Part shown: positions 35,701 to 50,700 of the stretch, piece after piece
Layout of the letters: every line of letters begins with the position of its first letter
Position numbering within the stretch: the first letter of the stretch is position 1
DNA from: Auanema rhodensis
Taxonomy: Eukaryota; Animalia; Nematoda
DNA: 64,000 bases
Direction: 5' to 3'
NCBI GenBank assembly: GCA_964057225.1
Contig: OZ059895.1
Span: 10,168,001 to 10,232,000 of the forward strand
Program-made: the position numbers and the translations under genes
Notes under the pieces: model-generated
Databases searched by the model: none
The model's input: only the letters and a program-made list of their open reading frames with translations
Told to the model about the DNA's origin: nothing

Positions 35701-38700
35701 ATTTGAAAATTAAATAATTGAAAAAGTAAAACAGATTTTGTTAGCACAGAAACATATTAATCATATTTTAAGGCGGGCTCAAGTTGCTATTTTGTTCGAT
35801 TTTAATGAAAAAATAAAAATTTTAAAATGTTTATTTTTAGCCCTAGAAATACGTGCAACATCTTACTCAACTCAAAATCAACTGTTTGATAACAATAATT
35901 AGGTTTTGTGAGCATATATCCATAGTAATCATGTTTTGCGGCGGGTTCAACTTGCTATTTCGTTTGATTTTTATGAAAAATTAAATATTCTAAAAATTTT
36001 ATTTCTTGTCCTAGAAATACGTGCTACATCTCATTAAACTAAGAATTAGTTGATTGAAAAGGCAAAACAAATTTTGTTAGCACAGAACCATATTAATCAT
36101 ATTTTCCGGCGGGCTAAAGTTGCTATTTTGTTCGATTTTCATGAAAAAATAAAAATTTTAAAATGTTTATTTTTAGCCTCAGAAATACGTGCAACATCTT
36201 ATTATCTAAGAAAATTTGAAAATTAAATAATTGAAAAAGTAAAACAGATTTTGTTAGCCCAGAAACATATTAATCATATTTTAAGGCGGGCTCAAGTTGC
36301 TATTTTGTTCGATTTTCATGAAAAAATAAAAATTTTAAAATGTTTATTTTTAGCCCTAGAAATACGTGCAACATCTTACTCAACTCAAAATCAACTGTTT
36401 GATAATATAAATTAGGTTTTGTGAGCATATATCCATAGTAATCATGTTTTGCGGCGGGTTCAACTTGCTATTTCGTTTGATTTTTATGAAAAATTAAATA
36501 TTCTAAATTTTTTATTTCTTGTCCTAGAAATACGTGCTACATCTCATTAAACTAAGAATTAGTTGATTGAGAAGGCAAAACAAATTTTGTTAGCACAGAA
36601 CCATATTAATCATATTTTCCGGCGGGCTCAAGTTGCTATTTTGCTCGATTTTCATGAAAAAATAAAAATTTTAAAATGTTTATTTTTAGCCCTAGAAACA
36701 CGTGCAACATCTTACTCAACTCAAAATCAACTGTTTGATAATATAAATTAGATTTTGTGAGCATATATCCATAGCAATCATGTTTTGCGGCGGGTTCAAC
36801 TTGCTATTTCGTTTGATTTTTATGAAAAATTAAATATTCTAAAAATTTTATTTCTTGTCCTAGAAATACGTGCTACATCTCTTTAAACTAAGAATTAGTT
36901 GATTGAGAAGGCAAAACAAATTTTGTTAGCACAGAACCATATTAATTATATTTTCCGGCGGGCTTAAGTTGCTATTTTGTTCAATTTTCATGAAAAAATA
37001 AAAATTTTTAAATGTTTATTTTTCGCCCTAGAAATACGTGCAACATCTTATTATCTAAGAAAACTTGAAAATTAAATGATTGAAAAAGTAAAACAGATTT
37101 TGTTAGCACAGAAACATATTAATCATATTTTAAGGCGGGCTCAAGTTGCTATTTTGTTCGATTTTCATGAAAAAATAAAAATTTTAAAATGTTTATTTTT
37201 AGCCCTAGAAATACGTGCAACATCTTACTCAACTCAAAATCAACTGTTTGATAATATAAATTAGGTTTTGTGAGCATATATCCATAGTAATCATGTTTTG
37301 CGGCGGGTTCAACTTGCTATTTCGTTTGATTTTTATGAAAAATTAAATATTCTAAAACTTTTATTTCTTGTCCTAGAAATACGTGCTACATCTCATTAAA
37401 CTAAGAATTAGTTGATTGAGAAGGCAAAACAAATTTTGTTAGCACAGAACCATATTAATCATATTTTCCGGCGGGCTCAAGTTGCTATTTTGTTCGATTT
37501 TTATGAAAAAATAAAAATTTTAAAATGTTTATTTTTAGCCCTAGAAATACGTGCAACATCTTATTATCTAAGAAAATTTGAAAATTAAATAATTGAAAAA
37601 GTAAAACAGATTTTGTTAGCACAGAAACATATTGCTCATATTTTAAGGCGGGCTCAAGTTGCTATTTTGTTCGATTTTCATGAAAAAATAAAAATTTTAA
37701 AATGTTTATTTTTAGCCCTAGAAATACGTGCAACATCTTACTCAACTCAAAATCAACTGTTTAATAATATAATTTAGGTTTTGTGAGCATATATCCATAG
37801 TGATCATGTTTTGCGGCGGGTTCAACTTGCTATTTCGTTTGATTTTTATGAAAAATTAAATATTCTAAAAATTTTATTTCTTGTCCTAGAAATACGTGCT
37901 ACATCTCTTTAAACTAAGAATTAGTTGATTGAGAAGGCAAAACAAATTTTGTTAGCACAGAACCATATTAATCATATTTTCCGGCGGGCTCAAGTTGCTA
38001 TTTTGTTCGATTTTTATGAAAAAATAAAAATTTTAAAATGTTTATTTTTAGCCCTAGAAATACGTGCAACATCTTATTATCTAAGAAAATTTGAAAATTA
38101 AATAATTGAAAAAGTAAAACAGATTTTGTTAGCACAGAAACATATTGATCATATTTTAAGGCGGGCTCAAGTTGCTATTTTGTTCGATTTTCATGAAAAA
38201 ATAAAAATTTTAAAATGTTTATTTTTAGCCCTAGAAATACGTGCAACATCTTACTCAACTCAAAATCAACTGTTTGATAATATAAATTAGGTTTTGTGAG
38301 CATATATCCATAGTTATCATGTTTTGCGGCGGGTTCAACTTGCTATTTCGTTTGATTTTTATGAAAAATTAAATATTCTAAAAATTTTATTTCTTGTCCT
38401 AGAAATACGTGCTAATCTCATTAAACTAAGAATTAGTTGATTGAGGAGGCAAAACAGATTTTGTTAGCACAGAAACATATTAATCATATTTTAAGGCGGG
38501 CTCAAGTTGCTATTTTGTTCGATTTTCATGAAAAAATAAAAACTTTAAAATGTTTATTTTCAGCCCTAGAAATACGTGCAACATCTTACTCAACTCAAAA
38601 TCAACTGTTTAATAATATAATTTAGGTTTTGTGAGCATATATCCATAGTAATCATGTTTTGCGGCGGGTTCAACTTGCTATTTCGTTTGATTTTTATGAA

Positions 38701-41700
38701 AAATTAAATATTCTAAAACTTTTATTTCTTGTCCTAGAAATACGTGCTACATCTTATTAAACTAAGAATTAGTTGATTGAGAAGGCAAAACAAATTTTGT
38801 TAGCACAGAACCATATTAATCATATTTTCCGGCGGGCTCAAGTTGCTATTTTGTTCGATTTTCATGAAAAAATAAAAACTTTAAAATGTTTATTTTCAGC
38901 CCTAGAAATACGTGCAACATCTTACTCAACTCAAAATCAACTGTTTAATAATATAATTTAGGTTTTGTGAGCATATATCCATAGTAATCATGTTTTGCGG
39001 CGGGTTCAACTTGCTATTTCGTTTGATTTTTATGAAAAATTAAATATTCTAAAACTTTTATTTCTTGTCCTAGAAATACGTGCTACATCTTATTAAACTA
39101 AGAATTAGTTGATTGAGAAGGCAAAACAAATTTTGTTAGCACAGAACCATATTAATCATATTTTCCGGCGGGCTCAAGTTGCTATTTTGTTCGATTTTCA
39201 TGAAAAAATAAAAATTTTAAAATGTTTATTTTTAGCCCTAGAAATACGTGCAACATCTTATTATCTAAGAAAATTTGAAAATTAAATAATTGAGAAAGTA
39301 AAACAGATTTTGTTAGCACAGAAACATATTAATCATATTTTAAGGCGGGCTCAAGTTGCTATTTTGTTCGATTTTCATGAAAAAATAAAAATTTTAAAAT
39401 GTTTATTTTTAGCCCTAGAAATACGTGCAACATCTTACTCAACTCAAAATCAACTGTTTGATAATATAAATTAGGTTCTGTGAGCATATATCCATAGTAA
39501 TCATGTTTTGCGGCGGGTTCAACTTGCTATTTCGTTTGATTTTTATGAAAAATTAAATATTCTAAAACTTTTATTTCTTGTCCTAGAAATACGTGCTACA
39601 TCTTATTAAACTAAGAATTAGTTGATTGAGAAGGCAAAACAAATTTTGTTAGCACAGAACCATATTAATCATATTTTCCGGCGGGCTCAAGTTGCTATTT
39701 TGTTCGATTTTCATGAAAAAATAAAAATTTTAAAATGTTTATTTTTAGCCCTAGAAATACGTGCAACATCTTATTATCTAAGAAAATTTGAAAATTAAAT
39801 AATTGAAAAAGTAAAACAGATTTTGTTAGCACAGAAACATATTAATCATATTTTAAGGCGGGCTCAAGTTGCTATTTTGTTCGATTTTCATGAAAAAATA
39901 AAAATTTTAAAATGTTTATTTTTAGCCCTAGAAATACGTGCAACATCTTACTCAACTCAAAATCAACTGTTTGATAATATAAATTAGGTTCTGTGAGCAT
40001 ATATCCATAGTAATCATGTTTTGCGGCGGGTTCAACTTGCTATTTCGTTTGATTTTTATGAAAAATTAAATATTCTAAAACTTTTATTTCTTGTCTTAGA
40101 AAAACGTGCTACATCTCATTAAACTAAGAATTAGTTGATTGAAGAGGCAAAACAAATTTTGTTAGCACAGAACCATATTAATCATATTTTCCGGCGGGTT
40201 CAAGTTGCTATTTTGTTCGATTTTCATGAAAAAATAAAATTTTTAAAATGTTTATTTTTAGCCCTAGAAATACGTGCAACATCTTACTCAACTCAAAATC
40301 AACTGTTTGATAATATAAATTAGGTTTTGTGAGCATATATCCATAGTAATCATGTTTTGCGGCGGGTTCAACTTGCTATTTCGTTTGATTTTTATGAAAA
40401 ATTAAATATTCTAAAACTTTTATTTCTTGTCTTAGAAAAACGTGCTACATCTCATTAAACTAAGAATTAGTTGATTGAAAAGGCAAAACAAATTTTGTTA
40501 GCACAGAACCATATTAATCATATTTTCCGGCGGGCTCAAGTTGCTATTTTGTTCGATTTTCATGAAAAAATAAAAATTTTAAAATGTTTATTTTTAGCCC
40601 TAGAAATACGTGCAACATCTTATTATCTAAGAAAATTTGAAAATTAAATAATTGAAAAAGTAAAACAGATTTTGTTAGCACAGAAACATATTAATCATAT
40701 TTTCCGGCGGGTTCAAGTTGCTATTTTGTTCGATTTTCATGAAAAAATAAAATTTTTAAAATGTTTATTTTTAGCCCTAGAAATACGTGCAACATCTTAC
40801 TCAACTCAAAATCAACTGTTTGATAATATAAATTAGGTTTTGTGAGCATATATCCATAGTAATCATGTTTTGCGGCGGGTTCAACTTGCTATTTCGTTTG
40901 ATTTTTATGAAAAATTAAATATTCTAAAACTTTTATTTCTTGTCTTAGAAAAACGTGCTACATCTCATTAAACTAAGAATTAGTTGATTGAAAAGGCAAA
41001 ACAAATTTTGTTAGCACAGAACCATATTAATCATATTTTCCGGCGGGCTCAAGTTGCTATTTTGTTCGATTTTCATGAAAAAATAAAAATTTTAAAATGT
41101 TTATTTTTAGCCCTAGAAATACGTGCAACATCTTACTCAACTCAAAATCAACTGTTTGATAATATAAATTAGGTTTTGTGAGCATATATCCATAGCAATC
41201 ATGTTTTGTGGCGGGTTCAACTTGCTATTTCGTTTGATTTTTATGAAAAATTAAATATTCTAAAAATTTTATTTCTTGTCCTAGAAATACGTGCTACATC
41301 TCATTAAACTAAGAATTAGTTGATTGAGGAGGCAAAACAAATTTTGTTAGCACAGAACCATATTAATCATATTTTAAGGCGGGCTCAAGTTGCTATTTTG
41401 TTCGATTTTCATGAAAAAATAAAAATTTTAAAATGTTTATTTTTAGCCCTAGAAATACGTGCAACATCTTATTATCTAAGAAAATTTGAAAATTAAATAA
41501 TTGAAAAAGTAAAACAGATTTTGTTAGCCCAGAAACATATTAATCATATTTTAAGGCGGGCTCAAGTTGCTATTTTGTTCGATTTTCATGAAAAAATAAA
41601 AATTTTAAAATGTTTATTTTTAGCCCTAGAAATACGTGCAACATCTTACTCAACCCAAAATCATTTGTTTGATAATATAAATTAGGTTTTGTGAGCATAT

Positions 41701-44700
41701 ATCCATAGCAATCATGTTTTGCGGCGGGTTCAACTTGCTATTTCGTTTGCTTTTTATGAAAAATTAAATATTCTAAAAATTTTATTTCTTGTCCTAGAAA
41801 TACGTGCTACATCTCATTAAACTGAGAATTAGTTGATTAAGAAGGCAAAACAAATTTTGTTAGCACAGAACCATATTAATCATATTTTCCGGCGGGCTCA
41901 AGTTGCTATTTTGCTCGATTTTCATGAAAAAATAAAAATTTTAAAATGTTTATTTTTAGCCCTAGAAACACGTGCAACATCTTACTCAACTCAAAATCAA
42001 CTGTTTGATAATATAAATTAGATTTTGTGAGCATATATCCATAGTGATCATGTTTTGCGGCGGGTTCAACTTGCTATTTCGTTTGATTTTTATGAAAAAT
42101 TAAATATTCTAAAAATTTTATTTCTTGTCCTAGAAATACGTGCTACATCTCATTAAACTGAGAATTAGTTGATTAAGAAGGCAAAACAAATTTTGTTAGC
42201 ACAGAACCATATTAATCATATTTTCCGGCGGGTTCAAGTTGCTATTTTGTTCGATTTTCATGAAAAAATAAAAATTTTAAAATGTTTATTTTTAGCCCTA
42301 GAAATACGTGCAACATCTTACTCAACTCAAAATCAACTGTTTGATAATATAAATTAGGTTTTGTGAGCATATATCCATAGCAATCATGTTTTGTGGCGGG
42401 TTCAACTTGCTATTTCGTTTGATTTTTATGAAAAATTAAATATTCTAAAAATTTTATTTCTTGTCCTAGAAATACGTGCTACATCTCATTAAACTAAGAA
42501 TTAGTTGATTGAAAAGGCAAAACAAATTTTGTTAGCACAGAACCATATTAATCATATTTTCCGGCGGGCTCAAGTTGCTATTTTGTTCGATTTTCATGAA
42601 AAAATAAAAATTTTAAAATGTTTATTTTTAGCCCTAGAAATACGTGCAACATCTTACTCAACTCAAAATCAACTGTTTGATAATATAAATTAGGTTTTGT
42701 GAGCATATATCCATAGCAATCATGTTTTGTGGCGGGTTCAACTTGCTATTTCGTTTGATTTTTATGAAAAATTAAATATTCTAAAAATTTTATTTCTTGT
42801 CCTAGAAATACGTGCTACATCTCATTAAACTAAGAATTAGTTGATTGAGGAGGCAAAACAAATTTTGTTAGCACAGAACCATATTAATCATATTTTAAGG
42901 CGGGCTCAAGTTGCTATTTTGTTCGATTTTCATGAAAAAATAAAAATTTTAAAATGTTTATTTTTAGCCCTAGAAATACGTGCAACATCTTATTATCTAA
43001 GAAAATTTGAAAATTAAATAATTGAAAAAGTAAAACAGATTTTGTTAGCCCAGAAACATATTAATCATATTTTAAGGCGGGCTCAAGTTGCTATTTTGTT
43101 CGATTTTTATGAAAAAATAAAAATTTTAAAATGTTTATTTTTAGCCCTAGAAATACGTGCAACATCTTATTATCTAAGAAAATTTGAAAATTAAATAATT
43201 GAAAAAGTGAAACAGATTTTGTTAGCACAGAAACATATTGATCATATTTTAAGGCGGGCTCAAGTTGCTATTTTGTTCGATTTTCATGAAAAAATAAAAA
43301 TTTTAAAATGTTTATTTTTAGCCCTAGAAATACGTGCAACATCTTACTCAACTCAAAATCAACTGTTTGATAATATAAATTAGGTTTTGTGAGCATATAT
43401 CCATAGTAATCATGTTTTGCGGCGGGTTCAACTTGCTATTTCGTTTGATTTTTATGAAAAATTAAATATTCTAAAAATTTTATTTCTTGTCCTAGAAATA
43501 CGTGCTACATCTCTTTAAACTAAGAATTAGTTGATTGAGAAGGCAAAACAAATTTTGTTAGCACAGAACCATATTAATCATATTTTCCGGCGGGCTTAAG
43601 TTGCTATTTTGTTCGATTTTCATGAAAAAATAAAAATTTTTAAATGTTTATTTTTAGCCCTAGAAATACGTGCAACATCTTATTATCTAAGAAAATTTGA
43701 AAATTAAATAATTGAAAAAGTAAAACAGATTTTGTTAGCACAGAAACATATTGATCATATTTTAAGGCGGGCTCAAGTTGCTATTTTGTTCGATTTTCAT
43801 GAAAAAATAAAAATTTTAAAATGTTTATTTTTAGCCCTAGAAATACGTGCAACATCTTACTCAACTCAAAATCAACTGTTTGATAATATAAATTAGGTTT
43901 TGTGAGCACAGAAACATATTAATCATATTTTAAGGCGGGCTCAAGTTGCTATTTTGTTCGATTTTCATGAAAAAATAAAAATTTTAAAATGTTTATTTTT
44001 AGCCCTAGAAATACGTGCAACATCTTACTCAACTCAAAATCAACTGTTTGATAATATAAATTAGGTTTTGTGAGCATATATCCATAGTTATCATGTTTTG
44101 CGGCGGGTTCAACTTGCTATTTCGTTTGATTTTTATGAAAAATTAAATATTCTAAAAATTTTATTTCTTGTCCTAGAAATACGTGCTAATCTCATTAAAC
44201 TAAGAATTAGTTGATTGAGGAGGCAAAACAGATTTTGTTAGCACAGAAACATATTAATCATATTTTAAGGCGGGCTCAAGTTGCTATTTTGTTCGATTTT
44301 CATGAAAAAATAAAAACTTTAAAATGTTTATTTTCAGCCCTAGAAATACGTGCAACATCTTACTCAACTCAAAATCAACTGTTTAATAATATAATTTAGG
44401 TTTTGTGAGCATATATCCATAGTAATCATGTTTTGCGGCGGGTTCAACTTGCTATTTCGTTTGATTTTTATGAAAAATTAAATATTCTAAAACTTTTATT
44501 TCTTGTCCTAGAAATACGTGCAACATCTTATTATCTAAGAAAATTTGAAAATTAAATAATTGAAAAAGTAAAACAGATTTTGTTAGCACAGAAACATATT
44601 AATCATATTTTAAGGCGGGCTCAAGTTGCTATTTTGTTCGATTTTCATGAAAAAATAAAAATTTTAAAATGTTTATTTTTAGCCCTAGAAATACGTGCAA

Positions 44701-47700
44701 CATCTTACTCAACTCAAAATCAACTGTTTGATAATATAAATTAGGTTCTGTGAGCATATATCCATAGTAATCATGTTTTGCGGCGGGTTCAACTTGCTAT
44801 TTCGTTTGATTTTTATGAAAAATTAAATATTCTAAAACTTTTATTTCTTGTCCTAGAAATACGTGCTACATCTTATTAAACTAAGAATTAGTTGATTGAG
44901 AAGGCAAAACAAATTTTGTTAGCACAGAACCATATTAATCATATTTTCCGGCGGGCTCAAGTTGCTATTTTGTTCGATTTTCATGAAAAAATAAAAATTT
45001 TAAAATGTTTATTTTTAGCCCTAGAAATACGTGCAACATCTTATTATCTAAGAAAATTTGAAAATTAAATAATTGAAAAAGTAAAACAGATTTTGTTAGC
45101 ACAGAAACATATTAATCATATTTTAAGGCGGGCTCAAGTTGCTATTTTGTTCGATTTTCATGAAAAAATAAAAATTTTAAAATGTTTATTTTTAGCCCTA
45201 GAAATACGTGCAACATCTTACTCAACTCAAAATCAACTGTTTGATAATATAAATTAGGTTCTGTGAGCATATATCCATAGTAATCATGTTTTGCGGCGGG
45301 TTCAACTTGCTATTTCGTTTGATTTTTATGAAAAATTAAATATTCTAAAACTTTTATTTCTTGTCTTAGAAAAACGTGCTACATCTCATTAAACTAAGAA
45401 TTAGTTGATTGAAGAGGCAAAACAAATTTTGTTAGCACAGAACCATATTAATCATATTTTCCGGCGGGCTCAAGTTGCTATTTTGTTCGATTTTCATGAA
45501 AAAATAAAAATTTTAAAATGTTTATTTTTAGCCCTAGAAATACGTGCAACATCTTATTATCTAAGAAAATTTGAAAATTAAATAATTGAAAAAGTAAAAC
45601 AGATTTTGTTAGCACAGAACCATATTAATCATATTTTCCGGCGGGCTCAAGTTGCTATTTTGTTCGATTTTCATGAAAAAATAAAAATTTTAAAATGTTT
45701 ATTTTTAGCCCTAGAAATACGTGCAACATCTTATTATCTAAGAAAATTTGAAAATTAAATAATTGAAAAAGTAAAACAGATTTTGTTAGCACAGAAACAT
45801 ATTAATCATATTTTCCGGCGGGTTCAAGTTGCTATTTTGTTCGATTTTCATGAAAAAATAAAATTTTTAAAATGTTTATTTTTAGCCCTAGAAATACGTG
45901 CAACATCTTACTCAACTCAAAATCAACTGTTTGATAATATAAATTAGGTTTTGTGAGCATATATCCATAGTAATCATGTTTTGCGGCGGGTTCAACTTGC
46001 TATTTCGTTTGATTTTTATGAAAAATTAAATATTCTAAAACTTTTATTTCTTGTCTTAGAAAAACGTGCTACATCTCATTAAACTAAGAATTAGTTGATT
46101 GAAAAGGCAAAACAAATTTTGTTAGCACAGAACCATATTAATCATATTTTCCGGCGGGCTCAAGTTGCTATTTTGTTCGATTTTCATGAAAAAATAAAAA
46201 TTTTAAAATGTTTATTTTTAGCCCTAGAAATACGTGCAACATCTTACTCAACTCAAAATCAACTGTTTGATAATATAAATTAGGTTTTGTGAGCATATAT
46301 CCATAGCAATCATGTTTTGTGGCGGGTTCAACTTGCTATTTCGTTTGATTTTTATGAAAAATTAAATATTCTAAAAATTTTATTTCTTGTCCTAGAAATA
46401 CGTGCTACATCTCATTAAACTAAGAATTAGTTGATTGAGGAGGCAAAACAAATTTTGTTAGCACAGAACCATATTAATCATATTTTAAGGCGGGCTCAAG
46501 TTGCTATTTTGTTCGATTTTCATGAAAAAATAAAAATTTTGAAATGTTTATTTTTAGCCCTAGAAATACGTGCAACATCTTACTCAACTCAAAATCAACT
46601 GTTTGATAATATAAATTAGGTTTTGTGAGCATATATCCATAGTAATCATGTTTTGCGGCGGGTTCAACTTGCTATTTCGTTTGATTTTTATGAAAAATTA
46701 AATATTCTAAAACTTTTATTTCTTGTCCTAGAAATACGTGCTACATCTCATTAAACTAAGAATTAGTTGATTGAAAAGGCAAAACAAATTTTGTTAGCAC
46801 AGAACTATATTAATCATATTTTCCGGCGGGCTCAAGTTGCTATTTTGTTCGATTTTCATGAAAAAATAAAAATTTTAAAATGTTTATTTTTAGCCCTAGA
46901 AATACGTGCAACATCTTATTATCTAAGAGAATTTGAAAATTAAATAATTGAAAAAGTAAAACAGATTTTGTTAGCACAGAAACATTTTAATCATATTTTA
47001 AGGCGGGCTCAAGTTGCTATTTTGTTCGATTTTCATAGAAAAATAAAAATTTTAAAATGTTTATTTTTAGCCCTAGAAATACGTGCAACATCTTACTCAA
47101 CTCAAAATCAACTGTTTGATAATATAAACTAGGTTTTGTGAGCATATATCCATAGTAATCATGTTTTGCGGCGGGTTCAACTTGCTATTTCGTTTGATTT
47201 TTATGAAAAATTAAATATTCTAAAAATTTTATTTCTTGTTCTAGAAATACGTGCTACATCTCATTAAACTAAGAATTAGTTGATTGAAAAGGCAAAACAA
47301 ATTTTGTTAGCACAGAACCATATTAATCATATTTTCCGGCGGGCTCAAGTTGCTATTTTGTTCGATTTTCATGAAAAAATAAAAATTTTAAAATGTTTAT
47401 TTTTAGCCCTAGAAATACGTGCAACATCTTATTATCTAAGAGAATTTGAAAATTAAATAATTGAAAAAGTAAAACAGATTTTGTTAGCACAGAAACATAT
47501 TAATCATATTTTAAGGCGGGCTCAAGTTGCTATTTTGTTCGATTTTCATGAAAAAATAAAAATTTTAAAATGTTTATTTTTAGCCCTAGAAATACGTGCA
47601 ACATCTTACTCAACTCAAAATTAACTGTTTGATAATATAAATTAAGTTTTGTGAGCATATATCCATAGCAATCATGTTTTGCGGCGGGTTTAACTTGCTA

Positions 47701-50700
47701 TTTTGTTTGATTTTTATGAAAAATTAAATATTCTAAAAACTTTATTTCTTGTCCTAGAAATACGTGCTACATCTCATTAAACTAAGAATTAGTTGATTGA
47801 GGAGGCAAAACAAATTTTGTTAGCACAGAACCATATTATTCATATTTTCCGGCGGGCTCAAGTTGCTATTTTGTTCGATTTTCATGAAAAAATAAAAATT
47901 TTAAAATGTTCATTTTTAGCCCTAGAAATACGTGCAACATCTTATTATCTAAGAAAATTTGAAAATTAAATAATTGAAAAAGTAAAACAGATTTTGTTAG
48001 CACAGAAACATATTAATCATATTTTAAGGCGGGCTCAAGTTGCTATTTTGTTCAATTTTCATGAAAAAATAAAAATTTTAAAATGTTCATTTTTAGCCCT
48101 AGAAATACGTGCAACATCTTACTCAACTCAAAATCAACTGTTTGATAATATAAATTAGGTTCTGTGAGCATATATCCATAGTAATCATGTTTTGCGGCGG
48201 GTTCAACTTGCTATTTCGTTTGATTTTTATGAAAAATTAAATATTCTAAAAATTTTATTTCTTGTCCTAGAAATACGTGCTACATCTCTTTAAACTAAGA
48301 ATTAGTTGATTGAGAAGGCAAAACAAATTTTGTTAGCACAGAACCATATTAATCATATTTTCCGGCGGGCTTCAGTTGCTATTTTGTTCGATTTTCATGA
48401 AAAAATAAAAATTTTAAAATGTTTATTTTTAGCCCTAGAAATACGTGCAACATCTTACTCAACTCAAAATCAACTGTTTAATAATATAATTTAGGTTTTG
48501 TGAGCATATATCCATAGTAATCATGTTTTGCGGCGGGTTCAACTTGCTATTTCGTTTGATTTTTATGAAAAATTAAATATTCTAAAACTTTTATTTCTTG
48601 TCCTAGAAATACGTGCTACATCTCATTAAACTAAGAATTAGTTGATTGAAAAGGCAAAACAAATTTTGTTAGCACAGAACCACATTAATCATATTTTCCG
48701 GCGGGCTCAAGTTGCTATTTTGTTCGATTTTCATGAAAAAATAAAAATTTTAAAATGTTTATTTTTAGCCCTAGAAATACGTGCAACATCTTACTCAACT
48801 CAAAATCAACTGTTTGATAATATAAATTAGGTTTTGTGAGCATATATCCATAGTAATCATGTTTTGCGGCGGGTTCAACTTACTATTTCGTTTGATTTTT
48901 ATGAAAAATTAAATATTCTAAAACTTTTATTTCTTGTCCTAGAAATACGTGCTACATCTCATTAAACTAAGAATTAGTTGATTGAAAAGGCAAAACAAAT
49001 TTTGTTAGCACAGAACCATATTAATCATATTTTCCGGCGGGCTCAAGTTGCTATTTTGCTCGATTTTCATGAAATAATAAAAAATTTAAAATGTTTATTT
49101 TTAGCCCTAGAAATACGTGCAACATCTTACTCAACTCAAAATCAACTGTTTGATAATATAAATTAGGTTTTGTGAGCATATATCCATAGTAATCATGTTT
49201 TGCGGCGGGTTCAACTTACTATTTCGTTTGATTTTTATGAAAAATTAAATATTCTAAAACTTTTATTTCTTGTCCTAGAAATACGTGCTACACCTCTTTG
49301 AACTAAGAATTAGTTGATTGAGGAGGCAAAACAAATTTTGTTAGCACAGAACCATATTAATCATATTTTCCGGCGGGCTCAAGTTGCTATTTTGTTCGAT
49401 TTTCATGAAAAAATAAAAATTTTAAAATGTTTATTTTTAGCCCTAGAAATACGTGCAACATCTTACTCAACTCAAAATCAACTGTTTGATAATATAAATT
49501 AGGTTTTGTGAGCATATATCCATAGTAATCATGTTTTGCGGCGGGTTCAACTTGCTATTTCGTTTGATTTTTATGAAAAATTAAATATTCTAAAACTTTT
49601 ATTTCTTGTCCTAGAAAAACGTGCTACATCTCATTAAACTAAGAATTAGTTGATTGAAAAGGCAAAACAAATTTTGTTAGCACAGAACCATATTAATCAT
49701 ATTTTCCGGCGGGCTCAAGTTGCTATTTTGTTCGATTTTCATGAAAAAATAAAAATTTTAAAATGTTTATTTTTAGCCCTAGAAATACGAGCAACATCTT
49801 ATTATCTAAGAAAATTTGAAAATTAAATAATTGAAAAAGTAAAACAGATTTTGTTAGCACAGAAACATATTAATCATATTTTAAGGCGGGCTCAAGTTGC
49901 TATTTTGTTCGATTTTCATGAAAAAATAAAAATTTTAAAATGTTTATTTTTAGCCCTAGAAATACGTGCAACATCTTACTCAACTCAAAATCAACTGTTT
50001 GATAATATAAATTAGGTTTTGTGAGCATATATCCATAGTAATCATGTTTTGCGGCGGGTTCAACTTGCTATTTCGTTTGATTTTTATGAAAAATTAAATA
50101 TTCTAAAACTTTTATTTCTTGTCCTAGAAAAACGTGCTACATCTCATTAAACTAAGAATTAGTTGATTGAAAAGGCAAAACAAATTTTGTTAGCACAGAA
50201 CCATATTAATCATATTTTCCGGCGGGCTCAAGTTGCTATTTTGTTCGATTTTCATGAAAAAATAAAAATTTTAAAATGTTTATTTTTAGCCCTAGAAATA
50301 CGAGCAACATCTTATTATCTAAGAAAATTTGAAAATTAAATAATTGAAAAAGTAAAACAGATTTTGTTAGCACAGAAACATATTAATCATATTTTAAGGC
50401 GGGCTCAAGTTGCTATTTTTTTCGATTTTCATGAAAAAATAAAAATTTTAAAATGTTTATTTTTAGCCCTACAAATACGTGCAACATCTTACTCAACTCA
50501 AAATCAACTGTTTGATAATATAAATTAGGTTTTGTGAGCATATATCCATAGTAATCATGTTTTGCGGCGGGTTCAACTTGCTATTTCGTTTGATTTTTAT
50601 GAAAAATTAAATATTCTAAAATTTTTATTTCTTGTCCTAGAAATACGTGCTACATCTCATTAAACTAAGAATTAGTTGATTGAGAAGGCAAAACAAATTT

